A stretch of 64,000 nt of DNA from Flaccisagitta enflata (Eukaryota): NCBI GenBank assembly GCA_965153355.1, contig OZ231126.1, positions 35,092,001 through 35,156,000 on the forward strand, in the 5' to 3' direction. Of the stretch, positions 51,342 through 64,000 are shown piece by piece. The position numbers and the translations under genes are program-made. Within the stretch, counting starts at the first letter, position 1, and every line of letters starts with the position of its first letter. A model generated the notes under the pieces. That model worked only from the letters and a program-made list of their open reading frames with translations. It searched no databases and was not told where the DNA came from.

Positions 51342-51933
51342 CTATCTAGGAAATAGAAATCTTCCCACCTAAGAATTTATGTCTTTTATCAACACAATCA
51401 CGTATATCAGTTGAACCCAAGTCAATAAATAATGGATGTAGGCTCCCTTTGGCTCAATTACCACCGCCATTATCCAGTTCAGCAATTTGTAGAGTTTCTG
51501 GAGGTACTTTGGAGTGATGGCTTCCAGCCTTTTTGCGTGGTAAAATTTTTTTACCTTTTTTCACCTTTAAATGAGCATAACTTTTAAATGGCTGAACTGA
51601 TTTTGTTGCGCAAAAAAACAAAAAGATGCCCCTTGAAAAACTCTTTAGTTTGGCCACCAATTTTTTGTCAATTCATCAAAAGACGAAGGAGATATTAATT
51701 TTTGAATGAATAAGACTAACTGTAAAAAAAAACAAATTCAGGAACCTTTAAAAGGTATGATTTCATTCAAAGTAAGATAACTTCTAAACCCATTGAGATA
51801 GCAAGATGCGGTCTGCGTAGATGGCTTGCAAATTTGAAGAGCTTCATTTTTGTCACCAATTTTTTATCAATCAGATGAATCTAACAAGAGTTATTGACTG
51901 AAACGTGTGGGAAGATTTCTATTTCCTAGATAG
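51342..51933 (-). mobile_element. Tc1-type derivative (592 bp)
   Basis: Perfect 27-bp TIR ctatctaggaaatagaaatcttcccac, TA TSD; minus-strand relic EAITPKYLQKLYKLLNWIMAVVIEPKGAYIHY resembles the Tc1 transposase C-terminus. Confidence 0.88.
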
Positions 51934-52432
51934 TAGTAACTGAGTGAGAAACCAAATGACTAAAAGAGATTCATCTACACGTTACCAAAAGACGAATATT
52001 TGTGTTTGGACATAAGAACATTGGTACAAAATAATAGACAACTATTTGTTCGGCCCATGGACGTTTTTTTTTCGGCCTCTAGAGTCAGGCCAATAGACGT
52101 ACATTTGTCAGGTCGACCAGCAAACATGCAAACATGACCAGAGGCGCGCGCACACGCAAAAGGGATTGTTGATGTTTTTGTCATATGGAATAAACATCGC
52201 TAAAAGAGAGACTTTGCCTCCTTTACCCGACTCCTCTCTTGAGGATTCCGAAGCAGAAAAGAGAAATAAAAGAACAAATTATGATACTTGTGGGAAACCA
52301 GAGAGGTAGAGGCAGAGGCAGAGGCAGAAAAGGGGAAACCAGCGGCAGGGTCAGAGGCAGAGGCAGAGGCAGAGGCAAAGGCAGAGGAAGAGGCATAGGA
52401 AGAGGCAGAAAAGGGGAAACCAGCGGCTGGGT

Positions 52433-52463
<31 letters not shown>

Positions 52464-53299
52464 AGAGGCAGAAAAGAGGAAAACCAGCGGCAGAGGCAGC
52501 GAAGACGCTTAACTGGATCCAGTGGCAAAGTTGGCGGGATTGGCAGGGGTGTGTGTCAGGGGTGCATGTCAGGGGTGACAGTGGATGTCAGGGGTGCGTG
52601 TTAGGGGTGCGTGTTAGGGGTGACGGTGGGTGTCACGGGTACATGGGATAAAGTTGATGTCAGGGGTGGGAGGGAGGAGGAGGACGTCAGAGATACAAAA
52701 TAGGAAGATAATGCGGCGGCGGCGGTGGTGTCGGAGTCGGCATCGATGTCGGCAGCGATGTCGGCAGCGATGTTGGCGGCGACGGCGACGGCGATTCCAA
52801 TGTATTTTACATTCATTAAGAAAAAAAGTAAGTCACAATCATGGAAATTCTAAATAAAAGGAAATTAGGGTTACTGCATTGTTTGTGGCCTGACGCCAAA
52901 ACACAAACAGTCCCAAACGCACAGACGCACGCACGCGCACACGCACGCGAAACACCCACGCGCACACGCACACGCACGCGCACGCGCATGCGCACTCGCA
53001 TGCGCACACGCACGCACGCGCACGCGCATGCGCACGCACGCACGCGCACGCACGCGCACACGCGCACTCGAGAGTGGACACTTTCACACGTCAGAAACCT
53101 TGACTCGCTTAAGGCGGGAAACCATTTGGATCTGCGCAAATTTTTGCTCCACTTTTCGATCATCAAAACATTTGCAATCTGTTTTTCGTAATAGACCATC
53201 CATTCAGCGAATAAAAAATACACGGAATCTATCGCAAAAAAAAAAAAAAAAAAAGTTTTTCTTTTACTGATACATATAAAAAGCTTTAGAGTGAGATTT

Positions 53300-53360
<61 letters not shown>

Positions 53361-53463
53361 TGACAGAACTTGAGAAACTCTGAGGCAGACAGAAAGATAC
53401 TCACAGGCAGAGAAGCGCAAAGACATAGAGACAGACATACAGAAAGAAAACTAGATTTATCTC

Positions 53464-53524
<61 letters not shown>

Positions 53525-53677
53525 AAGGCAGACAGAGGGTGTTCTGGACCCAGTTAATGGAGCAGAACGTAGTACATTTTTTCTTTTACCGTCTTGCCAA
53601 AAATCAAAACAAACCATAAGTTTTTTTTTATTCCTTTAGCGCCTGTGTATACATCTATTCCTTAAAGCCTGAGTTCT

Positions 53678-53863
<186 letters not shown>

Positions 53864-54525
53864 TTCCTTAATGGCTGAGTTTTTGTGTGTAAACTCCGTG
53901 GGGGGGGGGGGGGAAAGATGGTAGGTTTGTGTTTACTCGAAACAGGAGCGCCCTGATTCAGGCAGGTGCATATTTAGAAGTATACAATAAAAAAAAGGTG
54001 GCATTGAACAGACTTTAAACTACTTTTTATGTGCGTTCTCGCATATCTGTACGAAGTCATAACTGCTGAACTCTAGGTTTATCTGTCAGTCGGTGTTCTT
54101 TCATTCATTCACTTATTCATTCATTCGCTCATTTATTTATTCATTCATCCATTCATTCATTCATTCATTCATACATTCATATATTCATTTATTCATTCTT
54201 TCATTCATTCATTCGCTCATTCATTCATTCATTCATTCATTCATTCATTCATTCATTCATTCATTCATTCATTCATTCATTCATTCAATCATTTATTTGA
54301 GGATTCCTTTTTGTATTCACTCATTCATTCACTCATTCATTTACTACGTTAACTCGTTGGTCCATCTGTCTGTCCATCAATCAAGCTAAAGAAATAGTGA
54401 GATAGACAGATAAATGCGTAGATATACCGAGAGAAAGATATTTATGTAGGTAAATAGTCAAATTTTGGGAGTTAGTTCCTGCTGCTCGGAAGGAAAACAG
54501 CGGATCTGACTCCATGTATTCAACA

Positions 54526-55137
54526 CAGGGGCCAGTAGAGGAATGCCGGGCCCCTATACAATAAAAAAATCCGCCCCCCCCCCCGATTCCCCTTCCTTCT
54601 CCCAATTTTCGCACAAATGCCAGCCCGATGATAGCACATGCAGTTTTTAAAGATTTGTTTTCAGTTTCTATACATTCATTGTGAAGAACAAAATTCAAAC
54701 CAGTGTTGATCTGAGAACTTTGATCTGTGAGAAACAATAAAAAAAATCAGCAATGATAGAACAAAATGAAGCAAACAATTACTTATGAAGCAGAAGCAAG
54801 TGCAAAGAAGCAGGTTAAAAAATATCAAATATTTTCTTATGTAACGGTGCTAGCAGCTAAGGGCCCGGTTTTGCATACTATTCCCTCAGCCCCAGGTGCC
54901 TAGGTCCATGTTGGATCCATGACTTTTTTTTCTTCTTTTTTTTTCTTTTTTGTCCCTCTTTTTTTTTTCCTTCTTTTTCCTCTTTTTTCTTCCTTTTTTT
55001 TCTTTTTTTCCTTTTTCTTTTCTATTTTCCCTACTTTTTTCTCTTCATTTCTAAGACCTTTCAGGGGACCTCCGGGCCCCCCTGAGGCCCGGGCCCCTAG
55101 ACTTTGTCCAGGGTGTCTAGGCCTCTGCAGGCCTCTG
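54526..55137. mobile_element. hAT-like MITE (612 bp)
   Basis: CAG termini, imperfect 16-bp TIR caggggccagtagagg / cctctgcaggcctctg, exact 8-bp TSD ATTCAACA, gggcccc subterminal motifs. Confidence 0.85.
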
Positions 55138-55411
55138 ATTCAACATAAATGATGAGGCGGTGCCTATCTATTTATTCAATATACATGATGAAGCGGTGCC
55201 TGTCCATTTATTGAGCGTATATGATAAAGTGGTACCGAGATGACAACAAACGTCAGCGCGTAAAAACTCGAAGCGATGACATGACGCGCCGGAGGGAAGA
55301 GGAGGAAGAGGAGGAGGAAGAGGAAGAGGAAGAGGAGGAGGGAGGAAAAAGGCACAATCAAAATGCCACAGTCAAGTGGCAACGGCGAAAGTGTGAGGCT
55401 GGTTTGGGGTC

Positions 55412-55490
<79 letters not shown>

Positions 55491-56901
55491 GTGCAAAGAC
55501 CAATGCAAATCAGACCGATTGACCAACAAAGGGATGAACATATCCTTTGAAAGGCTTGGTTTGGCGCGTGTAAAAAGAGTTATTGTGCTTTGACAGAGAT
55601 GGTTGAGTACTAATCGTCGCCCCCCTTTATTGCCTCTGCCCGTATTCAATTCCTCTGCTCAGTGCATGTCTTCATTGCCCCTACCCACATTTATTTCTCC
55701 TGCCCACCGTCGTTGCCCCTGCCCACCTTTATTGCCCCTGCTCACCTTCATTTCCCCTGCCCAGCATCACTGCCCTTATCTTTTACTTTGCCAAATAAAC
55801 TGGCGACGTCACAGTTGGCGAGAAAAAAAAAGCAAACCTCGTAGCTGCTTTCCTCTCGTCCTTGTGGTGGATTTACCACGCCTCTCTCTTTTATATATTT
55901 ACCTCCGCATTTTGTACTTTCACCGCGTGGGTTATATATTTGGAAAGCACGAGCAAAGATGGAAAGAAGATATAGACGGAATAGAAAAGAGCTAGTTCCC
56001 CAAGGTTGGGGCATGGTCAACGGTAGCCCAGCCCTACTTTATAAGATTTGATTACAGAAACAGGCCGAGCAGTAGCCCAGCCCATCTCCGGTAATGGCAC
56101 TAGCATTGCGCCTCGAGAAGTGTTGGGATCCATGTTGTAGTTTCTAATCACTAATTATCTATATACAGCCTCGATATCAAATAGTAGCCTCAGTTTTCAC
56201 TTTCCAAGATCCTAGCCTGGAAACCTACAATTCTAGTCTTCAAGGCCCAAAATTTTTGTCTCACGGAAAGGGGAAGATACAAAGACCTGCATTTAGACAG
56301 ACGCAGGTAAATGTACCTGTGTTTACTTCCTTCCATGCATGGGGCTATTGCTAGAAAAATGATCCAGAAATGTGGAAATGGAGGGGTGAGAGATGGGATA
56401 TCATCGGGATAAACAAAGAGAGCTAGAGAGCAAGCTAGAGAGTAAGGTTGTTGGGCATGGAGAATGCAAGAGAGAAAAATGTGAGGTTGTTGGGTTTGGG
56501 TTCAGAATAGCGAGTCATCGAGCTTGTGACTAGAATGTGAGGGATGTTTGGCTTGGGTTGAGGATAAAGAATAATAGAGTGGAATGAGAGTGTTGTTGGG
56601 CATGGGTTCAGGATAAATAGCCGGAGAGCTGAAGAGCAAGAGAGTTGAAGATGAGTGGTGTTGGGCATGGATTGGAAACCGTGAGTGAGAGTGTAAGAAA
56701 GGCAGAGAGCAAGTGAGCGAGACAGCGAGAGAGTGAGAGAGCAAGGAAGTTGAGGGGTTGTTGGGCAGGCATGATGGGCGATTTATGAGGTAAAAACAGG
56801 ATATAGTTTGGCTCTCACCGACGCCATTTCTGCCTTAGGATGAAAAAGAGATGTTTATGTATGCCTCGGAAAGGGGAGAAGTAATCCAGACGCAAATATG
56901 G

Positions 56902-56941
<40 letters not shown>

Positions 56942-58119
56942 AGGAACAGTTGGAAAAGAGAAAAGAAAAACAATTCTTCCATAGGTTTGTTTGTTAGCGT
57001 ATTTGTTTACCTACATGTGCATGTCACAGCATCTGTCCAAGTCGGCTATGGCTTTGTGTGTTTCTTAAAACTTGTGTGTCAATCAGTTGTAATTTCTGTC
57101 AGTAAAGTGAGGTCCTCTAATTAGTTACAAGTGAGTGAACTTGTTCGTTTGATTGAATGAAAACAAACAGAAGAAGGGGAAAAAAAGAAAGGATAGGGAA
57201 AAAAAAGAATGAAATGAATGAATGAAAACAGAAAGAAGAGATAAACTGAAGGCTAGCATTGATGGAAAAGGAGTTCTCACTGGGAAATTGGGAGTAGAGA
57301 ACGAGCGTTTGTGACAGTCTCTCTGCCTTTGCTTTGAGATTGATTTTCCTTATAAGGAAAATGGAGATGAAAGAAAAAGAAGAGAGCTGGAATTGGCGTT
57401 GGGGATTTTGTAGCGGGAGTCTCTATCAGTTCTTGTTTTTGATATTCCGCCGTAGTTGTTGTCTTCTTTCTATTTAAATTGGAATTAGAGAATTCATGAA
57501 AGTTGAAGTCGTGCTTTTTAAACAAGGCAATTTCTGATCCTCGTAATCAAGCCACCAGGTGTATATCACTACCATCATGATTCATGAGATTCCACAGAAT
57601 GATAAGTTATATGCATAACGCGGAAGAAAGGTTAAGGTAAGTCTTGTGACAGTGACAATGATCATCACATCATTCATCCATAACATTCAGACTTGCTCTC
57701 TCTCTTTTTCAGTATATCAGCTTCTCTGAACCTTCAGAGACGTCACTTTCTAATCCTTGCATGCGTCACCTTGGTCGACCTTAAAAGATGTGTGTGGCTT
57801 CAGTCAGAGTCAGAGTTTTTTCCATTTTGACCTCGACTGGCTTCTGTATCAACCATCCCCATAACAAGAACGCATCATCGCAAAGTTTTGTGTCCGTTTA
57901 AAAAGTAGGCTGGTTATCTTGTCAAAACAAATTCGTGGCCAGGATGGTGATGGTATTGATTTTTTGTGTTAACTGATATTACCATTACTCTCCTTTGGAT
58001 ATTTAAATGGTGAATGCTAACGGCATGAATTTTTGCTTTTTTTTATGAACTCGCCCCAGCATCCATTCAATCCCTCGCATCCCTTCCATCCCTCGCATCC
58101 CTTACATCTCTCGGATCGG

Positions 58120-59234
58120 CACGGTGGGCCTTAATCAGATACAAGTTCAAATAAATCTCCGATGGTAGCAACCGGCATGAGAAGGTATATTTTATAGTGG
58201 AGAATTGATGTTGACTCTTGAAAAAAAATTTCCCTTGAAAATTTTTGCAAAAAACACTAAAAGTTAAAAATTTTTCTGATATTTGATATAGATCTTTGGG
58301 ACTTATGTGTTTTGTAATTCTGATCCAACTTTTATATTCCTGGTGAAATTTCCAATCATTTGATAGGTCACATTATATACTTTCATAAAAAGATAAAATT
58401 TTCCTATTCTAGGGCACGGTTGTTAGTCGCTGACACGCAACTCTACACCTTGCCGTGTCGGTTGGTGGGTCGGTAGGTCGGTAGGTCGGTAGGTCGGTCA
58501 CATTTTTGAATTGCGAGGGATTTTTGTATTACTGCTCCTGCCAAACCGTCCGCAACCGGATTGCCGTGTATCCGGCCTTGTTTTTGTTATAACGATGACA
58601 AAGAAAATGAAAATTTTGTTGTTCTATAAAGAATATTTCACCAGGATGATAGATCTTTAGTCAGAATTCCAAAACACATAGATCCTAATGATTTATATCA
58701 TATATTTGACAAATTTGGAACGTTTTAATGATTTGCTGCAAATATTTTCAAGGGAAATTTCTTTTAAGGGACAATATCAATTCTCCCTCATGAAATGTAT
58801 TTACTTATGCAGGTCACTTCCATCGGGGATTTTTAGTCGCGTGCACGCGACTCTACAACCCGCTTTGTCGGTCCGTCCGTCCGTCGGTCCGTCGGTCCGT
58901 CCGTCCGTCGGTCCGTCCGTCCGTCCGTCACACTTTACTTTTTTGTACTATAACGTCAACTCTTAGGTCATTTTAAGTCATTTATAGTTATTCTTAGTCA
59001 TTTTGAGTCAGTCTAAGTCATTTTAAGTCATTTTAAGTCATTTTAAGTTATTTTAAGTTATTTTTGGTTTTCTGTTTTTTTAGTCATTTTAAGTCAATTT
59101 TGGTCATTTTAGGTCATTCTAAGTCTTTGAAAGTCATTCTAAGTCATTCTAAGTCACTCTTTGTCTGTAAGTCTCGCACGCGACTTATAGGTGTTGGCCT
59201 TGTTTAAACTCATATCCAATTAAGGCCCACCGTG
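58120..59234. mobile_element. CAC-ended palindromic element carrying two HINE insertions
   Basis: Ends cacggtgggccttaat / attaaggcccaccgtg with GG on both sides (possible 2-bp TSD, CMC/EnSpm-like); arms pair once 58422-58585 and 58829-59204 are removed. Confidence 0.8.
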
Positions 59235-59447
59235 GGCATGATTTTGACAGCCCCAACTTGTTTGCCTAAACTTCTTGAAATCAATGAATCCTTTTGGCAC
59301 ATGTTATTGGTCTGTGATATGAATTCTGCTTTAATGTGAACTAAGACAATGAATACTTTTGGTACAAGTCTTTGGTTAGTGATATGAACTTACCTTTATT
59401 GTGAACTAAGTCTTTGGATCCTCTTGGCTCTAGTCTTTGGTTTATAA

Positions 59448-60890
59448 TCGGGAAAAAAGTCGAAGTCAGTCTTCGACTTTTTGACATATTCAAGAGAAAC
59501 TGGGTTTTCATTTTCTTATTAGGAAGTTAGGGATCTCCACCGACCAATTTGGGCCTCCAATGAAATTGATAGGGTAAGTAAATTTGATAATTCTCTTTCA
59601 TTTGGCGCCAAGCAGAATGCTCTACGACAAATATTTTTCGCGCTATGATTTTTTAAAGATTTATCTACGAAAAATTTTACTATCTAGGAAAAAAGTTTGG
59701 CAGCACTTATGGTTGATGGTATGTTTTCCCCCTCACATGCACAAAACTCATGTGCCTGATTGTTTCTAGTTATTTTTGTATTCACACTTCCTAAAACAAA
59801 AGAGATAAACAATCTTCAATCCAATTTAGGGACCGCGAGTTTGGTTTGTTTATCACAACTAAGAGGTGGCTGTGGTAATGCTAGTAGATTTTGGTCATTT
59901 TGACTGCAAAATTGAACTACTTTTCTTTACAAATCTGATTAAAAATCCATGAGATTATAAAACTATTGCTCAAGAGCTAACCAGTGGTGCAATCCGCATG
60001 TTTCCATCATTTTCTGTTAAGATCTGAGAGCATTTCAAAGATGGAAGGGTATGAAAAAAAAAAGAAAACCTACTCTTTTTCCCTTTTTAAAAGTACATCA
60101 TCAACTTCAGACTAATGTCATTTCTAAACCGTTTGATGCACAGAGACGAGATTGCGCTCAGATTGTAGATATTTTGATTAAGATTAAAATGCTTATAAAT
60201 TTTGTTTACTTTTCTAGATGAGAAGTTGAGATATCTTGGTTTAAAGGTGCTGCCAAACATATTTCCTAGATAGTAATAGAATTTTTTTCAATTTTTTTAT
60301 ATTTTGTGTAGGATCAATAAAGGAGTGAATTTATGTTTACTTGAGCATGCAAATACAAAAAAAAATGTTTATGAGCAGGGCTGCTCATCTGTGAGGGCGT
60401 TTTTGAGCATTTTAGCTCATTTAGCTCACTTAGCTCAATCTATTTTTTCTGATTTCAAATAGGATAAATGAATGAATATTTTCATACTTGTTTAAGCAAG
60501 CAAATAAAAAAAACCATGTCAGTGAGCAGAGCTGCTCACCTGTGAGGTGTATTTAAGTATTCTAGCTCATTTAGCTCATTTAGCTTGCTCTTTTTCTCTG
60601 ATTTGAAATAGGCTAAATAAATGAATGTTTTGATTTAAGCATGCAAATACAAGAAAGCATATCCGTGAGCAAAGCTGGTTGTCTGGTTGAATCATTTGAA
60701 TACTTTAGCTCATCTAGCTCATTTGGCTCAGTTCTATTTTTCTCTGATTTTCACTGCAATCAATACATACAATTACTTTTGATTTGATCTAACAAAAACA
60801 AAAAAATTTTGCTGACTGAAGACAAATGCATGGTGAAAAGTGACCAATGCTTACGACTTTTTTCCTCACAGCGACAGCCGCCATTACTGG
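59448..60890 (+). mobile_element. Non-autonomous Helitron (copy 2) inserted in an approximately 65-bp minisatellite
   Basis: A|TCGGGAAAAAAG ... gcgacagccgccattaCTGG|T, no TSD; minisatellite (tgtgaactaagtct..gaatcctttt..gtctttggt) resumes on both sides (about 59290-59447, 60891-61160). Confidence 0.8.
59680..60273. mobile_element. Tc1-type MITE (594 bp) nested in the Helitron
   Basis: 27-bp TIR ctatctaggaaa(a/t)a(a/t)gtttggcagcac, TA TSD; absent from the Helitron copy at about 37750. Confidence 0.9.
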
Positions 60891-61255
60891 TATGAACTTA
60901 GCTTAAATATGAGCTATGTCTATGAATCCTTTTGGCCCTAGTCTTTGGTTTATGATTTGAACTTTGCTTTAATGTGAACTAAGTCTATGAATCCTGTTAA
61001 AACGAGTCTTTGGTTTGTGATATGAACTTTGATGTGAACTAAGTCTATGAATCCTTTTGGCTCTAGTCTTTGGTCTGTGATATGATTTTTGCTTTAATGT
61101 GAACTAAGTCTACGAATCCTTTTGGCACACGTCCTTGATTTGTGATATGAACCTTTGGGATCGGTGGCCGGCAATTTCCCTTTGGACACGTCCGAGGCGA
61201 AAACGCACGGAAAACAATAAATGAAAAGGAGTCTCTGTGTAGAAAGAAGGAGATG

Positions 61256-61311
<56 letters not shown>

Positions 61312-61589
61312 AAGAGCAGGGAGGGCTCTTGAATGATCCTGTGGTCAGCAATGTTTTCAATTCTTAGCCTAGGTTGCAATTTTTCATGGGCACCATGAGA
61401 GGAATGTCGTATGCGTTGGAAGTTTTCAATGACAGAAAATTCAGAGATAAGGGTTAAATGAATCATGGCTGGAGGCATGACCTCTTATAGATGTGCAAGG
61501 ACGCTTAGAAAAAAGGAAAAAAAGTTTTGATAGTAAAGCAGAGGAAGAGACAAAGACACACGGAGAGGGAGTTTCCGAAAAAGGGCAAA

Positions 61590-61910
61590 AAAGTCAGAGA
61601 CACACACACAGTAAGGAAGTGAATAAATGAAGAGACTATAGTCAGACTCACACACTGAGGGAGTGAATGAAAGAAAAACCTATTGTCAGATTCAGTAAGA
61701 TAGCGACTGGCTATAGTCAGACTCACACACAGTAAGGGAGTAAATAAATGAGGAGGCTTTTTTCGGGCTCACACACAGTAAGGAAGTGAATGAAGCAGAT
61801 GGCTTTAGTCAGACTCACGTAGAGACTATAGCCAAATTCACACAGTAAAGGAAAGAATGAATGAGGAGGCTATAGTCAGACTCGCACACAGTGAGGGAGT
61901 GAATGAATGA
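61590..61910. repeat. Degenerate minisatellite (ctatagtcagactcacacacagtaagg.agtgaat)
   Basis: Several diverged tandem units. Confidence 0.75.
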
Positions 61911-62059
61911 AGAGGCAAAGGGTAGAAAAGGCAAAGACCACCAAAGTTCAACGAAAGAAAGACTGGGACAAACACACTTTTTCAGATTGAGCGCCGCCAC
62001 TTTGTTTGCACCACGAGTGGCAAGACCAACCACAGCGCCGCAGATTAGGAGCAGTGGGA

Positions 62060-62162
<103 letters not shown>

Positions 62163-62501
62163 GTCGATTTTCAAACAGAAACAAGAGCTGAGACCAGATC
62201 AGACAGACAGACAGACAAGTATAAGGGACAAATAGACACAAAGAAACTTGGACAAACGGACAAATAGGCACTAACAAACAGTATACTGGGAAGTTGACAG
62301 CTGGTAGGAGTTCCGGGGCGTTAAAATCACAACCAAGAGAGTAAACAAAATACTGCAAGAGTTGTAACAGTTGGGATACACTATAGACTTGGTATTGAAT
62401 AGACTTGATTTGGCGTATACATGATTGTATTTGAGGGAGAATATTGAGAGAACGAGGGGGGAATTGAGTCAGTATCAAGTTGCAAGATTGCGTCAGTTTT
62501 A

Positions 62502-62960
62502 TCGGGGAAAAAGTTGAAGTCAGTCTTCGACTTTTTGACATATTCGAGAGAAACATGGTTTTCATTTTCTTATGCGGAAGTTTAGGAACTCATTAGGGTG
62601 ATTGGGGCCTCCAATGAAATTGATAGGTTAAGTAAATTTGATAATTCTCTTTCATTTGGTCCTAAGCAGTATTATCTACGACAAATATTTTTTGAGTTAC
62701 AAATTTTTCAATCTTTTTTTATGTAAAATCCAAATTTAATTCTTTTCGATTTTTTACAATTTTGTGTAGGATCAATAGAGAAGTGTATTGATGATTGTTT
62801 GAGCATGCAAATACAAGAAAACATTTTCCTGAGTGTATCTGCTCATCTTTGAGGGTGCTTTTGAGTAATCTAGCTCATTTTGCTCATTTAGCTCAATTTT
62901 TTTTTAATTTTAAATCGGAAAAATAAATAAATATTTTGATACTTATCTGAGCATGCAAAC
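62502..62960 (+). mobile_element. 3'-truncated Helitron (copy 3)
   Basis: A|TCGGGGAAAAAGTTGAAGTCAGTCTTCGAC start, colinear with copies 1 and 2. Confidence 0.7.
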
Positions 62961-63221
62961 AGCCCTCTTAAAAGTGGAGTAGCGGGTAGCGCCACTACTC
63001 GGAAGAGAAGAAGATGTGTCGGAAGGTTTTGGCAGAGGAGGAGGAAGAAAAAGAAGAAAAAGAAGGAAGAAATGAAGAAAAAGAAAAAAAAAAAAGAAAA
63101 AAAAAAGAAAAAGAAAGAAAAAGAAAAAGAAAAAGAAAAGAAGAAGGAGGAGGAAAAAAAGAATTAGAAGAAAAGGATAAGGAGAGAAAGAGAGAGAAAG
63201 TGAGAGAGAAAGTGAGAGAGA

Positions 63222-63397
<176 letters not shown>

Positions 63398-63668
63398 CTT
63401 GGAAGAGAATAGGACTTATTAAAGAAGTTCCGACATTCGAAACTATGTTCATAAAAAATGAACTAAGTTCCGACGTCGGAACTTCGTGAAAAAATGAACA
63501 ACAGCTTCTCATTTGACTGTCGGAACTATGTGAAGGAAACATAATTGAGTGAATACTACAAGAAACTGAATTTGATCATTTAAGCAAACTTATAACCACT
63601 CGCAGTGCATTTCATTGTTTTGTTCTGTTCTCTGTTGATTTTGATATCTATCTATCTATCTATGTATG

Positions 63669-63731
<63 letters not shown>

Positions 63732-64000
63732 ATTTATATCTCGCTTTCTCTCTCACCTCTAAAGAATTGAAATATGACTGATTATAGTCTAAATCACGCT
63801 CAGTGAGCAACCAATCAATATCAACATCTTTCAATCTCTAAATCCCAAAAGCTTACACTTTTTTTAAAAGAACATCATTTTCTTTCAAAGGCTTCATGTT
63901 CTTATTTTCAAGGCCAAATGAAGCCTTTAATGTTCTAAGAACACTCTTGATTCAAAGTACTATATAAACTGTAAAAAAACCTAGAATGTAGTTCTATTAT

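Noticed and set aside
52223..53223. RG-rich, PL-rich and RV/TH-rich ORFs
   Set aside because: Built from (AGGCAG)n and (CACG)n simple repeats; no convincing splice structure or domain.

Overview
Repeat-dense, AT-rich animal (probably invertebrate) genomic DNA; no prokaryotic operons, CRISPR array, rRNA or tRNA were seen, and nearly all listed ORFs are translations of micro/minisatellites. Two real genes are supported. (1) The 3' end of IFT88 on the minus strand: terminal exon 40742-40983 ending ...YVDPLG..RPKTAA...DDLLPE*, plus a probable 84-nt exon at 42998-43081. (2) On the plus strand, apparently nested in an IFT88 intron, a large exon (about 45344-46628) encoding a long Ser-rich region, a signal-peptide-like hydrophobic segment and about 1.3 Ig domains. 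The rest is a nested mosaic of non-autonomous DNA transposons, many with readable ends: a 2.4-kb foldback with an 8-bp TSD, several hAT-like MITEs, five ~600-bp TA-flanked Tc1/mariner-type derivatives (three keep the transposase C-terminus), a three-copy Helitron family, CAC-ended palindromes, and more than 20 DINE-1/HINE-like elements in at least two families that carry expanding internal tandem arrays. All identifications were made by eye or from recalled family motifs; no searches were run. I did not find a convincingly new biological system; the nested Ig gene and the satellite-generating HINE families are the best leads.
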